A stretch of DNA of 64,000 nt from Octopus bimaculoides (lineage: Eukaryota). The position numbers and the translations under genes were made by a program. Below are positions 22,501 through 37,868 of the stretch, in pieces (positions within the stretch are counted from its first letter, which is position 1; each line of letters starts with the position of its first letter). The notes under the pieces are model-generated. The model searched no databases. It was not told the origin of the DNA and worked only from the letters and a program-made list of their open reading frames with translations. Where the stretch lies: contig NC_068992.1 of NCBI RefSeq assembly GCF_001194135.2, forward strand, positions 66,161,666 through 66,225,665. The letters run 5' to 3'.

Positions 22501-24979
22501 CTGGACCCTCTGACATTAATCCTGCAAACCCCATATAAATGTTGCTTTACTTACAAAAGTATTTATATTTCAGGGAGATAGGGTACTTTGATTAAACGTC
22601 TAGAGATATTTCAGGTGTTTCTGCTAATGAGATTACAAATGATGAAACTATTTATCTGTTGTTTCTAGTGATAAGGTTAATACCCTGAAACACAACAGGT
22701 AAGGTGACGACCTTCTTTGTAAATATGTTACATTCTGCAGTGAACCAGTAAGTGGGTCAATGGGAACAGACGAATCAAATGCATGTATGTACGTAGTGTA
22801 ATAAGATAAAGCCAATCCACAGTGTCTTTATACACTGTCCACAGACTGTCTATATACCAGGTGGTGCATATATATATTTATCCATTATTTATTTTATCAT
22901 AAAATACAAAGTTTTTAGCTTTCAGGTAATAAAAGTCTACAGGTTGATTGTTATATTTATTGACAGCATTTTATATCTATTCACAATTCAAAAGAAGCTG
23001 TTCTTTGCTTCCAACAAAGTTTTTAATCTTTTCTCAACTGAAGTTTGAATAATGGCTAAATACATTTGTACGTTGCATCCAGGATATAAACAATTCACAG
23101 TCTCACTCAATAATAACAATGTTAAAAAAAAAGTTGACCATGGCAGGATTTGAACTCAGAATGTAAAGGGTCAGAACAAATACTGCAAAGTACTTTTTGT
23201 GATGCTTAAATGGTTGTATGTGGGAAGTGGAAGCATGGGAAACTTATTTGGAAAGTTCTTGATACAAAGTAAAGATGAATATGAACAAACCTTTAATTGA
23301 AAGTCTAAGGTAAAGGAATTGGAGACAGAATAATGATGATGATGATGGTGGTGGTGGATTTAAGTTTCCACATGAAACATGTTATCATCGTTTCGTTTTT
23401 GGAAATGAAAATTTTAGAAGAATAAAAAAGAAATAAGTGGAAATGTTGACGGTGAGTGTGTTAAATTATAAGGCACCAAAAGAGAATGACTCTCCCAAGA
23501 AACAAATGATTGAATAAACTGAAAAAAGACTAAATTCGGTTCCATATTGGTAACTGAGGTATTATAGAGTTAAATAAGAAGAATGTTTAGCAGAGCAGGC
23601 AACCATTCTAACATGAAAAATGCCTCACACTGAATCCCATACATTACACACATGTTAACAGGGTGACACGGGGGGGNNNNNNNNNNNNNNNNNNNNNNNN
23701 NNNNNNNNNNNNNNNNNNNNNNNNNNNNNNNNNNNNNNNNNNNNNNNNNNNNNNNNNNNNNNNNNNNNNNNNNNNNNNNNNNNNNNNNNNNNNNNNNNNN
23801 NNNNNNNNNNNNNNNNNNNNNNNNNNNNNNNNNNNNNNNNNNNNNNNNNNNNNNNNNNNNNNNNNNNNNNNNNNNNNNNNNNNNNNNNNNNNNTCGTCCC
23901 AACAAAGAAATAAAAACAAACATATATTACTGAATATATTTGTATTTCTACCACAATAGGAAATGTTAGTGTCATCTTAATTAGCCAAACACCACACACA
24001 CTCATCAAACACTACCACCACTCCACCTCCCTGCTCTAAACACTTTGTCCAATCTTCCCCCTCCCTCGTGCAGAACTGATATCCTTTGAAAATGCCTTGC
24101 TGCCCCCATCTTTTTTCTTCTGTGGTAGCCGTCACCCTACAACGGTTCCATCTTCACATCAATCCCTCTAGTTGAGACTGTGGAATACAAGCATCATGGC
24201 CTCTACATCTCCTCCACTGACTTATAAAATCGAAATGAAGTGTCCAAATTCTTCCGAGAACGGTAAATTATGGTTTTTGTTCATTGGGTTCATGTCTTTT
24301 ACACATCCTGATCTCCATGTTCAATATTATTATCGTAAGAAGGATTGACGTCAAAGTTTGTGTCTTTGAATATTTTATTGGTTTAGAGTCACTTGATGAA
24401 AGCAAAAAAGAGAGAGAATCAGGAGGCCATCATACGGGTGCAGGTGTGGCTGTTGGGTAAGAAGCTTGCTTCCCAACCATATGGTTCTGGGATCAGTCCC
24501 ACTCTGTCTTCCACTATAACCCTAGGCTGAGCAAAGCCTTGTGAGTGGATTTGTTAGACAGGAAATGAAACAAGCAATCATAAATGTGTATGTGTCTTTA
24601 TGTCCATGTTTACCCCACTCCCCCAATTGACAATCAGTGTTTTGTGTCTACATCCTTATAACTTAGCAGTTCAACAAAAGAGACTCATAGGATAAGTACT
24701 AGGCCTAAACAAAAAAAAAAAAACAAGTACTAGAGACAATTCATTGAACTAAAAGTTCTTCGAGGTGTCAGGCTTTAAAAAATCTGTTCCAACAAATTCT
24801 GTCGACCTACTCAAGTATGGAAAGGTGGGTGTTAAATAATGATGGTGATAATGATGTTGAAAAACAGCCAGCTTATTGCAAGATTCATTTTGATGTCTCC
24901 CCACCAACCTCACTTTCAGATGATGGCATTAATTTCTGGCTATCATTATTCTGCAAATAGTTTTGGAAACTAAGAAAAT

Positions 24980-25075
24980 TTGCCAAGACTTACATCTGTC
25001 ATTTTGGTATGGCACACAGATGTGGGTGAACGTTTTCATTCATGAAACTATTAAAAGACAATAAAATGGCATTTC
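24980..25075 (+). mobile_element. Possible hAT transposase C-terminal remnant
   Basis: FGMAHRCG*TFSFMKLLK loosely resembles the FGSTYxCExxFSxMK dimerisation motif. Confidence 0.35.
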
Positions 25076-25835
25076 AGATTCTCTGAGAGTCTCAGAACTA
25101 ATTTAAACATTAAAAGCTGGCCAAATTTAAAAGTTTCATTAAAATATGTAACATTCATATTGTTAAACATATTTAATTATTATTTTGTATATAAAAAGTG
25201 CTACCTCTCTATCTATATCATTTTAACATATTCTACGTTAATTCAACTATCAAAGAACATTTTTTCCTTCCTCAAAGTTGTCAATATTGTCTTTGTGATT
25301 TAACATTACATCATTTTATAATATCAACATCACACACCTCTTTTGCACACTGAATTTCCTACACTTGCTCTCTCTCTCTCTCTCTCACATACACACACAC
25401 ACTACACTTCTATATTTAATTTCTTCTGAACCTGTCCATCATTAATTCACTCTTCTCTGCCAGAAACCACAAACCCTGTTTACTCCCTCACCACCATTAT
25501 TCTGTATACTTCTTCTTTGATAATCACACATTACTTTTTCCCTTCTGTTTTCCTTCTATCCATTTGACAAAGAACATCTCTTCCAAAAAAAAAAAAAAAG
25601 CTCCATGTATTTCAGACAGCACACCTTTTAAGAACAATTTACCAGAACATTAGATAAAGTGTTTCCTTTCTCTATTTAAAATAGTAAACGTGTAACTCAA
25701 GGGAGGTTTAGCAGCTGGTTTCAGCAGTTTGAGGCTCCTTGTCAGCTCTGTTGAAGTTAATTGATGTTTTATAGTTATAAAGTAATATTCCTCGAAACAA
25801 TGTCAGAATTTGTAGACCTATTCAACCGATGCATC

Positions 25836-25965
25836 TTTATTAATAAACAAATATCAACTCATTGCAAAATGCACTGACTTTATATTCGATGTCATTAAAT
25901 TTCCAAAGAGATTCTTCAGATTTTGGAATGAAACAACACTGCAATAAACTGACCAATATTTTATT
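25836..25965 (-). terminator. Two candidate DAP3 polyadenylation signals
   Basis: AATAAA on the minus strand at 25960-25965 and 25836-25841, shortly downstream of the stop codon. Confidence 0.55.
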
Positions 25966-25997
25966 TTCTATATACAATCACTAAATCAAAGACAGCA

Positions 25998-26083
25998 TCA
26001 ACAGGAGGCACAGATTTTGCTCAGCTGCATTGGATTGTGGTCACTCAGGAAGATTAATTCTTTCTTGCCTTCTTCTGTTCTGG
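25998..26083 (-). CDS. DAP3: DAP3 terminal coding exon 12
   Basis: [31 protein letters not shown]. Confidence 0.94.
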
Positions 26084-26470
26084 CTGGAAAATATGAAACA
26101 ATAGGGATACATTAAAACATTACTATTTTTAAATCTCATCACAACAAGAGAGATATTCACCAACAGTACTTTGGAGTAAAGACTGTTTGCCAACATAACA
26201 TGGCAGTCCTGGTCTAGGACGAATGTTGCTGTAATTTAGCTGAGTGGGGGTGCTAGATTCCCTTGTTTGAAAATATAAGGACACAAATCGTGTTGTATAG
26301 CCAGCTGGAGACAATGTCTCCTGGGGCTAAATTACAGTAACATTTGTCCTAAACCAGGACTGCCATGTTATATTGGTAAACAGTCTTTACTCCAATAGGG
26401 AGACATATATATATAACAAAATGGATATGTAACAATGTGAATATATACATATAACAAGCTGGAAATAAAT

Positions 26471-26521
<51 letters not shown>

Positions 26522-28298
26522 ATATGATGGAAATATATATAGTGACAGTTGGCATTTAGCAAATCCATAACCAGTTAAAGATTTGTCCAGTTCCATCCTG
26601 TCTTTTGAATGGGAATCTTTTTTGAATGAAATATCAGTAAACATTCAGAAATGTCTCGGAGTGATTTACTTGCCCCCTTCCCTTGTAGAAACCCCTCACC
26701 AGGCACCACTTTGTACAGAAGTCACGTCCACAAACTTTGTTAAACATGCTATGTAGAAGAAAATGTTGCTAATCAATGAAGATCCTGTCCATAACCAAGA
26801 CATCCATTTCCAGTTAATCACTTCATTAATTAAGCAATCAACTTTCCAACTTAATCACTTGCCTCCTGGTTTAATATTGTACTCCAACCTTTAATCCCAG
26901 GTTTGGTCTGCATTTTCTTTTTTACGTCTCAGTTTTAGAGACCCTTCAAAGGGGTTTGTGGCCCTTCTTTGTTTGGTGGTCATTGTCTTAGTTCAAAAGG
27001 TTGATTTTACTTTACATCCTTTCAGATTCATTACACTAATTACCAGTGATAGAGATAAACCAGATTCCCTCTCTTTTCACAAATTCATATAAAATGGCCT
27101 CGAGTCAAACCAGAGAAACCATTGCCAGACATTAAGTTCACTGTAGCAGAGGTTTGAAACCAAATCCCTGGATACGTGGTCAGACATCATGAGCAAGCTA
27201 CAATAGTTTCACGTGATTGGTCTATTAAGCAGCCAATCAGCATCAAGCCATTGCATGATTCAATTTAGACAGGGGTTCCAAACCTTATGTTGCTTCTGGA
27301 CCCCCTGAGAGCTATCTTATCATCTATGGAACCCATATATGCACATTAGCAAAAACTAACAATGAAACAATTTCGTTATATTCTTAACATAAATTCCAAA
27401 TACAAATCTTGAAAATTTCAATAAATACAGGTGGTACCTCTCCTAGTAAATAAAATTTATATATGGACCCACAAATTACAATTTTTTACTTGTGGACCCC
27501 TGGGGGTCCATGTGGACTCCAGTTGGGAACCCCTGATCTAGAATCTTCTCCTGGTGTTCTATCAAAAGGCCACTTTTGGCAGTAATTAATTGCAGAATGT
27601 TGAGGCAGTTGTGCCATATGTGTCTCCATTCTTGCCACACCAGACAGCCCACACAGATGACTCTAACAGATAACCAAGAACCTCTGTCACCATGAATGTA
27701 GTACAATTACTACCAGTTATGCTGGGTCAGCCACATGTTGCCGCATCTATAGTGTGTCATAAACTCCAAGCTGTATTTCTCTCTCCCAGTATGTAATTAT
27801 TGCTGTTGTTATTTGTGAAAGACTGACACAGTTTGACTTTATGTGTGATAATAAAACCTTCTGTGAGACATTCACGAGTGTCATTCAGTTACTTCTTCAC
27901 ACAGACCACAAAACACTTCCATTCAGCAACTCAGCAATCACACAGACCAGCCAACCCCTCTCCCAAGTAATGTCACTAATGCTTAAGGCTTTTCATATAT
28001 TTTATGTTTCCATCTGTATGTTTTGTTAATATGAATGGGAAAGCAGAGAGCAGTGAAGGTCCTGGAGCAAAGCAACTCCACAAATGCTGGTGTTATGATG
28101 AAGTGCATTTTATTAAGCATTGAGGTCGAATCATAAGGCTCATCATATATTTTAAATGTTGGTTTAGAACATGGATTAATCCTATGTTTGGGCAAAGACT
28201 ATCATTGAGGGTTATATTCCTGTGAACAAACACCATTTCATCTTCAAAGAATTGAATATTAAATAAAGCCAAATGTATTGAGAGAGAGAGAGAGAGAG

Positions 28299-28331
<33 letters not shown>

Positions 28332-28347
28332 NNNNNNNNNNAGAGAG

Positions 28348-28388
<41 letters not shown>

Positions 28389-31300
28389 AAGAGAGTCCTC
28401 ACCTTTAGGGTTCTGCAACCATAGTTGGTCAATATAGTAATCGAGACAGCTGAGGATTTCCTTGTCATTGTATTTTGGAACATACACTGGGATGAAGGGT
28501 TCCAATAACTCAAAGGCCTTGAAAAGAATAAAATATAACGGTGTATGCAAATTATATATATTTGTGTGTGTGTGAAACATTGTCCCTAGGGTCATGTACA
28601 AGGGAAGTAACTCTGAGTGGAAGTCAAATCAAATCATGACATGTTTAACCCATGCCAGCATGGAAAAATAGACATAAAAACAATGACAATGATGATGGTG
28701 ATAGCAATAGTTATAGAAATTACTTGAGTTAAACTTTGGTTCAGTTCAGAAAGATGCGATTTGTAGTCACAGGGTAGCTATGGCAATCAGAGAAGCATAA
28801 AGAGAATGTGAGTAAAACTGTGAAGAATATAAATGGATATTTGTTCACAAAGGTTATGACAAGATGAATATGGGTCCATCATTATATAATCGATTTGACA
28901 GTATCATTGCTTGTCACTGATTGGTTATCGTAATCTGCGGAATAAATGTTATACCAATAACTCCATTCTTCACTTGTTACGTCTTCATCATCATCATCAT
29001 TGTTTAATGTCCGCCTTCCGTGTTGGCATGGGTTGGACGGTTTGACAGGAGCTAGCCAGACATAAGACTGCACCAGACTTGTGTGTCTATTTTGGCACTG
29101 TTTTTACAGTTGGATGCCCTTCCTAACACCGACCACCTATCAGAGAAAAGAGATGACACGGGAAAAATAATGGTTATGCTATGAACATCACCAGCTTACA
29201 GCTATCTCTGCAATAAGATGAAGTGGAATCTTAGTTGAGAGCCAAAACATCCTATGGCTTCATCGAAGCCTCAAATATGATGTGCATTTTATTGGTGGAA
29301 AAAACAATTACATTTTTGCAATATACAGGGAAGGCATTCCAAGTGAGAAAGTCATTGCTGACAAATATAAAAGTCTACGTCCAAGCGGCAATTAGATTTA
29401 CTGGTAGAGAAAGTAGAAAAAACAGGAAAAATATATGTATATATAGACATGTGCACACACATGTAAAAACGTGTGCAGACACATATATACATATGATATC
29501 ATGGTTACAGATGCAGTATTATATACACAATGAGTATTTAATCAGCAGCAGCATCATTTCTGAAAAGAACTTCACAAAAACACTACCACAATTTTTGTAT
29601 GGTTTACCTCAGATAATTAATATTCATGAATTAAAATGATTAATATTCATGAATTAAAATAATGTTCTCAGAGGATTGGAATAGTTTCACACATTTCTTC
29701 AACTTGAAAAATGATTTCACACAATGTTTATTAGCATGGTTCAAGGTTTTGCTGAGGATTTTAGTGGCTGTATAAAAAATAGGGCATTTGCAATTCCTTC
29801 ACAATTCCTGAAAACAAATAAGCTTTTTAGAGAATTAGATCAAAAACTAACACGACCCTATTTTTGCTTTTTAATGACTTTGACCAGGAAGGGCAGTCCT
29901 ATCACTTTTTAGTGTTCTTCTGACAGATGAGATGAAGTTTTGCCAGGCTGTAGATCTGGCCAAAAATGCCCTCAAGGGTCAGGATGGGAGGCAGGTGTTA
30001 AACTGGACAACAGATTGTCTACCATCTAAAAAACAGGAATGACCTCTCATTGGAGAATTTCTCTTACAGAAATTTCACTAACAGTATTAAGGTCAATCAG
30101 AAGTAATTAAAGAAGAGTCTTGCCCAAGGATTGAACTCAGAGCCAGATAGTTGCGAAAGGCTTTATTAGCAATCCACATCCTTAATTTGAAAATGTGAGT
30201 ATTTGTTGATGTTTTTGTAGTGAAATCTGACGGGAGCAATGATGTCATGTGAGAAATAATTGAAAGAGGAAATTCCATGTCTTATGAAATAAATAAATAA
30301 ACATTTCCTTATACAAATCAAACGGTACATATTCCAAAAAAAAAAAAGAAATAAGAAATAAAAAGAAACTACAAACAATAGATATGAATGATATTGATGT
30401 AGGCTCTCGTTGCAAGGGAGATTATCTCCCTTACAACCTTTCTCTGTATTCAGGAGATTTATAAGGTCACATTAGAGAGATGTGATGCTGAGAAGTTAAG
30501 TCTTTTAACTTTTTATTGAATTGCTGGCGATAGTTGCATGGAAGGCTGTCCTAGTTAGATCAACAAGAAGGACTTGAATTCAGCACTGCCGGATCACAAA
30601 ACAAACCAGCATCAATTTTGCTGTTTCTTGAAGCTACAAACTCTTATTAGATCAACCCAGACAATAATGGGTTAACTTCATTGAACATTATTCTTAATCC
30701 GTCAGCATTTAAATTGGCCATATGAGGCCCAAATACACTGATGCCAGGCCCGCCTGACTGGCACCTGTGCCAGTGGCACATAAAAAGCACCCACTACACT
30801 CTCGGAGTGGTTGGCATTAGGAAGGGCATCCAGCTGTAGAAACATTGCCCAACCAGAATGGAGCCTGGTGCAGCCGCTGGCTTTGCAGACCTCAGTCAAA
30901 CCGTCCAACCCATGCCAGCATGGAAAACGGACATTTAAACGATGATGATGATATATATTATATATATACCCAGATGGATTAGCCTGAAAGCCAATATTTA
31001 TATACTATATATATATATCTTTAGGCTTTCACTGCATACATGCCAGCTCAATTTGATTCGTTTTCTGTCGAAAGACGCCTGTTGTTATTTCTTGTTTGTA
31101 TTCGTAATTGTGTACCTTGTTCTCCAGTTTTTTTTCGTTTATTTTTTGTTTTTGTTACCGTACACATTCACTAGCTTTCTTACAAAGGGGTCTAATGCTC
31201 TTAGCTTAGACTTTTTGGAGGACAACCAATTCAAACCATCTCAAGTGTAACTGCCTGAAATGGTCGTGACTTCTGGAACTTGACTGAGGAAAGAAAGCCA

Positions 31301-31411
31301 TGAATGGCCCGTCTTTTTTTGCCTGTCCTTCTAATTGTTGTTTCTCTTGTCTGCCTTTGTGTCGTCTGTCTGTCCAAATGTTTTAATGCCCTCTATTGCG
31401 TTTTTGTTCCA

Positions 31412-31480
<69 letters not shown>

Positions 31481-32974
31481 ACTCAGATAGATCTACCTGA
31501 CAGCTACTCATTCACACACACAGACAAATAGAAAAGTGTACCTCTTTCTGAAGAAGGTAGTGTGGTGTGCACTTCTTGCGTTGGTCACTTGGATTGGCTA
31601 CAATATCCACAATTCCAACAACAATACCATTGCACTGAAAAGGAGAAAGAGAGAAGTTTGTGTTATGTGTGAAATACAACAACAAACTGAGAGAGAGATA
31701 GACTTATTAGAATTGACATAGATTCCTCAAGAAATGTCCAATACATTATGAGAGGAAAGGTGGTGGGGGTCATGGTGATGTTGGGGATGAATTCTTTGCA
31801 ACAAATTTGATTTATCTCTCCTTAGAATGTCAGTGTGCATACATGACAGAGTGTAAGTGCCTTGAGAGAAAAGTTGGACATAAGAAGCACCAGATGTGGT
31901 GTGCAAGAGAGACGACTGCACTGGTATGGACATGTGGTGAGGATGGATGAGGACAGCTCTTCCATACGCTCACTGCTCTGCTGATTTTGTGAATCCAACG
32001 TCATCTACCCACTGCTAACAATGAAGAAGATAGAAAAGAGGAGGAAATGAGGTTGGTTGTGGAATAAAGAAAAAGAAGTTAAAATAAATAAAACAGAAAG
32101 AGTATTTTGGAAAGATTGGAATAGGTAAAGACATGCAAACACATACACGCACACACATATAGAGAAAGAGACACACATACACATATAGATACATACAAGC
32201 ATATATATATAAATATATACACACACACATACAGATACATACAAGCATATATATATATAAATATATACACATACATACAGATACATACAAGCATGTATAT
32301 ATATGTATTATGTATATATATATATATANNNNNNNNNNNNNNNNNNNNNNNNNNNNNNNNNNNNNNNNNNNNNNNNNNNNNNNNNNNNNNNNNNNNNNNN
32401 NNNNNNNNNNNNNNNNNNNNNNNNNNNNNNNNNNNNNNNNNNNNNNNNNNNNNNNNNNNNNNNNNNNNNNNNNNNNNNNNNNNNNNNNNNNNNNNNNNNN
32501 NNNNNNNNNNNNNNNNNNNNNNNNNNNNNNNNNNNNNNNNNNNNNNNNNNNNNNNNNNNNNNNNNNNNNNNNNNNNNNNNNNNNNNNNNNNNNNNNNNNN
32601 NNNNNNNNNNNNNNNNNNNNNNNNNNNNNNNNNNNNNNNNNNNNNNNNNNNNNNNNNNNNNNNNNNNNNNNNNNNNNNNNNNNNNNNNNNNNNNNNNNNN
32701 NNNNNNNNNNNNNNNNNNNNNNNNNNNNNNNNNNNNNNNAAAGGAGGAAAAAATAAGAAAAGGAAAAGATGGAAAAGGAAGAAAAAAGAATTGAAAAAGG
32801 AAATTCTATATAAAAAGGAGGTGAAAGAAGAGAGGGAAAAGAAGGCGAAACCCCACCCAAACAAGAATGGTAAATTGGCAGCAGATGACAATTCTTTAGA
32901 GAAAATAATAACAACATAACAGAGGGAAAAAAACAATATACAATTCTGTTAAACTACATGTACACATGTATGTA

Positions 32975-33019
<45 letters not shown>

Positions 33020-33337
33020 TGACAGCCATCTCTCACTCACTGAGCGACATCTCTGTACCCCACACATAAACATACACATGCAGTAGGCAACGTTTCACAC
33101 CTCATCACTAGTGCCATGTTGTCCTAACAAGCAAAAGTTACTGTTCTATAACTTACAGCCAGAAACAGTAACACAACTGTCTATCTGAGAAGTGTTTGGG
33201 TAACGTGAAGAATTTGATTCCAATCTGCTAGAAACAAAGTTGCCATGGATACGACACTAATGTGGAGACAAAGCTTCCAAATCAAATGGTGCCTGTGTAA
33301 ACCAATATACTACAAGAACCACACACACACATCATGC

Positions 33338-33390
<53 letters not shown>

Positions 33391-35784
33391 TGTGTACCAG
33401 TGTAAAACAGTATGACAAGTTGCATGTTATGCCAAAAAAAGGTAACTTAGCTACTTGAAATAGAGGTTATCCCTACTGTCATCAGAGCATTGGGTTCAAT
33501 ACCACCCAACCTGAAATAACATCTGAAAACCTTAGAGATACCCTACAATTTAGATGTATTGCAAAAGTCAGCATTCCTTGGAACTGCATGCATATTGCGT
33601 CAAGTACTGTCTGTTTGAGATCCTTGTTGTGACTTGACAAACAGTACAAACCCCCGGTAGACAAAATATCTCAATCAACAACCTCACAATATTGAAAAGA
33701 AGAGGCATGCTTGTCTCAATTGAAAAGCCTTTCTGACTGAGGACGCTCATGCCATCAGGGTTGACCTAGGGCTAAAATAGCAACATAGCAACAGCACTAA
33801 CAGAGAGTTACTATGTAGTCAAATGATCTATTAGAAATAGCAGCTAAATTCTCCTCAAATCACACTCTACTTTAAAAAGTAGGGGCACACTGGATAATAC
33901 AATGTGAGATATATTTATATGTGGGAAAAAAAAGTGAAGATGGCCATGGTTGAGCTGTCAGGTTTATTGGATCAGGTTTAACCTGGGGCTACAAAATAAG
34001 GAAATAAAATCTCAATTTCTTACCCAATCATTTTTCAATATTTTCCTAAAATTGTGGAAAAGAGATATTTTATCACAGGATATCTGAAAGATTAAGATGG
34101 ATTAATGTTGAATGTTTCTTTTGGCTGCAGAAAATACAACAAACAGTTCCAATAGCATCAAAGACAGACATTCAGGCATGTAAAGTGTTGACATTAAAAA
34201 TCTCACACAGCAAACAACATCAATAGAAATAAGCAACTACGAGGGTGAGTCAAAAATTAATGCCATTTTGTTTAGGACAGGTATAATTACCAACACAGGA
34301 ACATGTATCATACATCAAAATGAAGCTGGTCCTCTGTGGATCACATCCCTACTTCTCAACATAGTCACCGTTTCTCTCAATAGCAATGTTCCACCATCAA
34401 ATGAGAGCATGTATCCCTGCCCTTTAAAATTCTGTTGACTGTTCTTTGGGATGTAAGCAGATTCAATATTGATATGTGATGGATGATGACAATGATGATG
34501 ATGTATTTCTTCAGTCTCTCCCTTTGTCCCCAATTTCACCTCAGTGTCTCTCAGGTGTGTTCAATGTTCTTCCATGCAATCAACCAGCATGACATACTAG
34601 GGTCTAGTTATCACATTATTAACTTCCTTTAGTTATCCACCGAGTAAAAGGTAAGACTAAATATTAAAATAAATCTATAAAACCCCGTCACATGATAAAT
34701 ATTGGGATTATCTTTTGGGAACCTCACTTAATGGCAGATGGAAACATTTCATGTAAAAGTCCTTCCTGGCCCCTGAGGGCCATTTTTTTCCTTGATTTCC
34801 TCTTCATAGCTGCAACTCTTCCTTAATATTAAACACATTAGCATAAATGTCTCCAGTGAATACCGTACGTCCATAACAGATTAAGGAATAAGGGAACAAA
34901 TCACAATAGATTAAGATGGTTTTAGAGAATGAAGGAGCTTGTAACCATTGTCATCTATCAGAAATGATGAAAACGAAACAACAGACAAGAAAACAGTAGC
35001 CTAGGGCGACACAACCGTGTGACAACATACGGTCACCACATGCTGTAGACTTTGTCTTTTGTGTCACTGCCAGGTCTCCCTTCCAGTCTCGTTCAGTGAA
35101 AGCAATGTTGTCCTCGACATCTTTCAACCAAATCTTGAATGTGAAATGAATCAGTGAACCTACCATTGAAACTTCCCATGAATGAGTTCTCCATAGAAAA
35201 TGTTATCTGAATCAATAGCTTCCTATCACCTGACACCACAGTTCCTTCTGATCCACTCTCAAACAACTTAGGTGTGCCCCAGGGCTCAGTTTTTTCTCTC
35301 ATACTCTCTTCCTTCTTCTCTACATCACTATGAAATCCAACAAAGCCCACTCTTATGAATTTCTAAAATTCACATTTTTTTCTCAGAACAGATATAACCT
35401 CACAGGTTTTTATGCACTCACCCTTGATATTAAAACAGTTCCCAACCTTTACTCTAAGTGGTGGATTGACATGTTAGAAACAGCAGCTAAATCTCCATTG
35501 CACCCTACTTCAAAAATAAATGAAACATTTGCATCATCCTCTTTTAACATTCACTTTTCCATGCCAATGTGGGCCGGATGAGAGTTTGTCAAGATAGAAT
35601 TTCTATGGTTGGATGCTCTTCTAGACACCAACCTTTACCTGCTTCCAAGACAGGTAATACCTATTGATCAAAGAACAACTTAGACATGCTTTTAAATGGC
35701 ACTGTATATAGGAATGGTGACTCTTTGTTTACAATGAACACATATGGCAAGACAACACTTCACACACATACACACACACACTTG

Positions 35785-35816
<32 letters not shown>

Positions 35817-37617
35817 TGATGGGTTTTTTCAGTTTCTATCTTACCAAACTTCATTCATAAAGTATTGTTCAGTCTACGGCTATGGCAGAGGTCACCAGCT
35901 GACAGCATCAACAGAGCAGGAGTGAGCCCCAAATCATGTAGTTCTGAAATAAACCAGTTAACCCCAACACAGCCATGCCACATATGCCCTACACTGAACA
36001 ACAACAGCATGATAGACTAAATATTTGATAAACTTACATAGTCTTTATTCTCGTCTTTGACGCTAGTTGTGCCCCAGAGTCCATTCACACCATCAACAGC
36101 TACCAGGACACGATGTCTGTGGAGAGATAAATGCAATCTGAATTATATACACACACACACACACACAATCCATAAACATACATACTATCTTCTCTCTCTC
36201 CCACACACAGGTATATAATTTGACACCTGCATATATACACAACTAGTCACCTAAACTTGACACTTGCATATGTGTGTGTATAATGTATTTATCATCATCA
36301 TCATCGTTAAACGTCTGTTTTCCATGATGGCATAGGTTGGACGGTCCCCGAGTCAGTCAGGTGGCACTGGCATCGACCACATTCGGATGGTGCTTTTTAT
36401 GTGACACAAGACACATCCATTTAATCATACACAGTGTCTGCCACAAACCACGTACATTAGTACACGTCACACACACACAACTGGGAGACCCACAATTCAC
36501 TGTTGGCATAATCGCATAATGTCTGCAATGATAAAATATTTTTAATGTGTTTCACAATGTTGCTTACTTCTTCTCAGAAGCTGATTTCTTTACTTCTTTC
36601 AGAATAATCCCCACAGCATCACTGGCATATCTTGGTCTTGCTAAACCCTGGAATTATAAATAAAAAGTCAAATGAAAAAAAAAAAAAAAAAAACCTAAAT
36701 AGAGACTTGGAATAAAGTAAATGACATTTGACATTACAGGTAGAAACTAACTTTTTTGGTTTTTGTTCGAGGAGGAGGAATGATAGCAGCACTGAACATT
36801 TTCAAAACCTCCAAGAATGATGGGAGGAAGTTATCCTCAGATCAAATATCTGGTCATAATTCAGGGAACAAAATGGATTCTTCAACTGAAGCTACCTAAG
36901 AGTCAAGTGTTGGAGAGAAACTGGTCGACAGAATATATCCCCAGCCTCAAACCTTTCCGTTAGATTCTCACACACTTTCCATCAACTACATTTCACTCAA
37001 GACATTAACTGACCTAAGGCTGTAGTAGAAGATACTTGTCCAAGGTGCCACACATTGGGATTGGATCCTAAACCTCAGGTGAACACCTTAACCCCACAGC
37101 TATGCCTGTGCCCATACTGACTGCACTGTTACCCTTTTTCAACCTCTCCAAATTGGGGCAGATAATATTTAATACTATTTAAATGAAATTCAAAACCTTA
37201 GCAGGTGATCCCTCAAAAGATTTCAAGGAACAAAGAAGAATAGTTGAATGTATTTTAATTTCCATTTGAAAAACATATTACAATAAAAATAAAGATAATC
37301 ATTATAATATATAAATAAATATATATATGGAGTAAAGATTGTTTGCCAACATAACATGGCAGTCCTGGTTTAGGACAAATGTTGCTGGAATTTAGCCCCA
37401 GGAGGCACAGAACACAATGAATCAAGAAGTGCTGCAATGCATTTGGTCCGATGTGCTATCGATTTTACCAGCTTGCCACCTTAATTATAATAAGTGGAGT
37501 TTTGGTTTAGGGAAAGAGAAATGAAGAAGTAGAACTATTCTTATCAAGTAGTCATAAAGGTTCCTAATTTCAGCACAAGAGCACAAACGCCAATTCAATT
37601 TGTAAGTATTTACTTTT

Positions 37618-37653
<36 letters not shown>

Positions 37654-37836
37654 GTGTGTGTGCGTGACATTAGTTTGACAAATCTAGAAGTTAGTTTCAA
37701 TTCCCTGGAACCAAATCTCAGTCCCATATCACATTATTATTACACTTTATCTTAAGATAAGATAATTCCCTAGAATCAAATCTCAGATTTGATTCCAGGG
37801 AATTGAAACTAACTTCTAGATTTGTCAAACTAATGT

Positions 37837-37868
<32 letters not shown>

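Noticed and set aside
26001-26012. DAP3 C-terminus CASC as a CaaX prenylation signal
   Set aside because: A matrix ribosomal protein would not be expected to meet cytosolic prenyltransferases after import; no other support
32015-32936. Long ORFs of 148-300 aa here, at 23570-24008 and at 57156-57822
   Set aside because: They stay open only because they cross N-gaps and simple repeats
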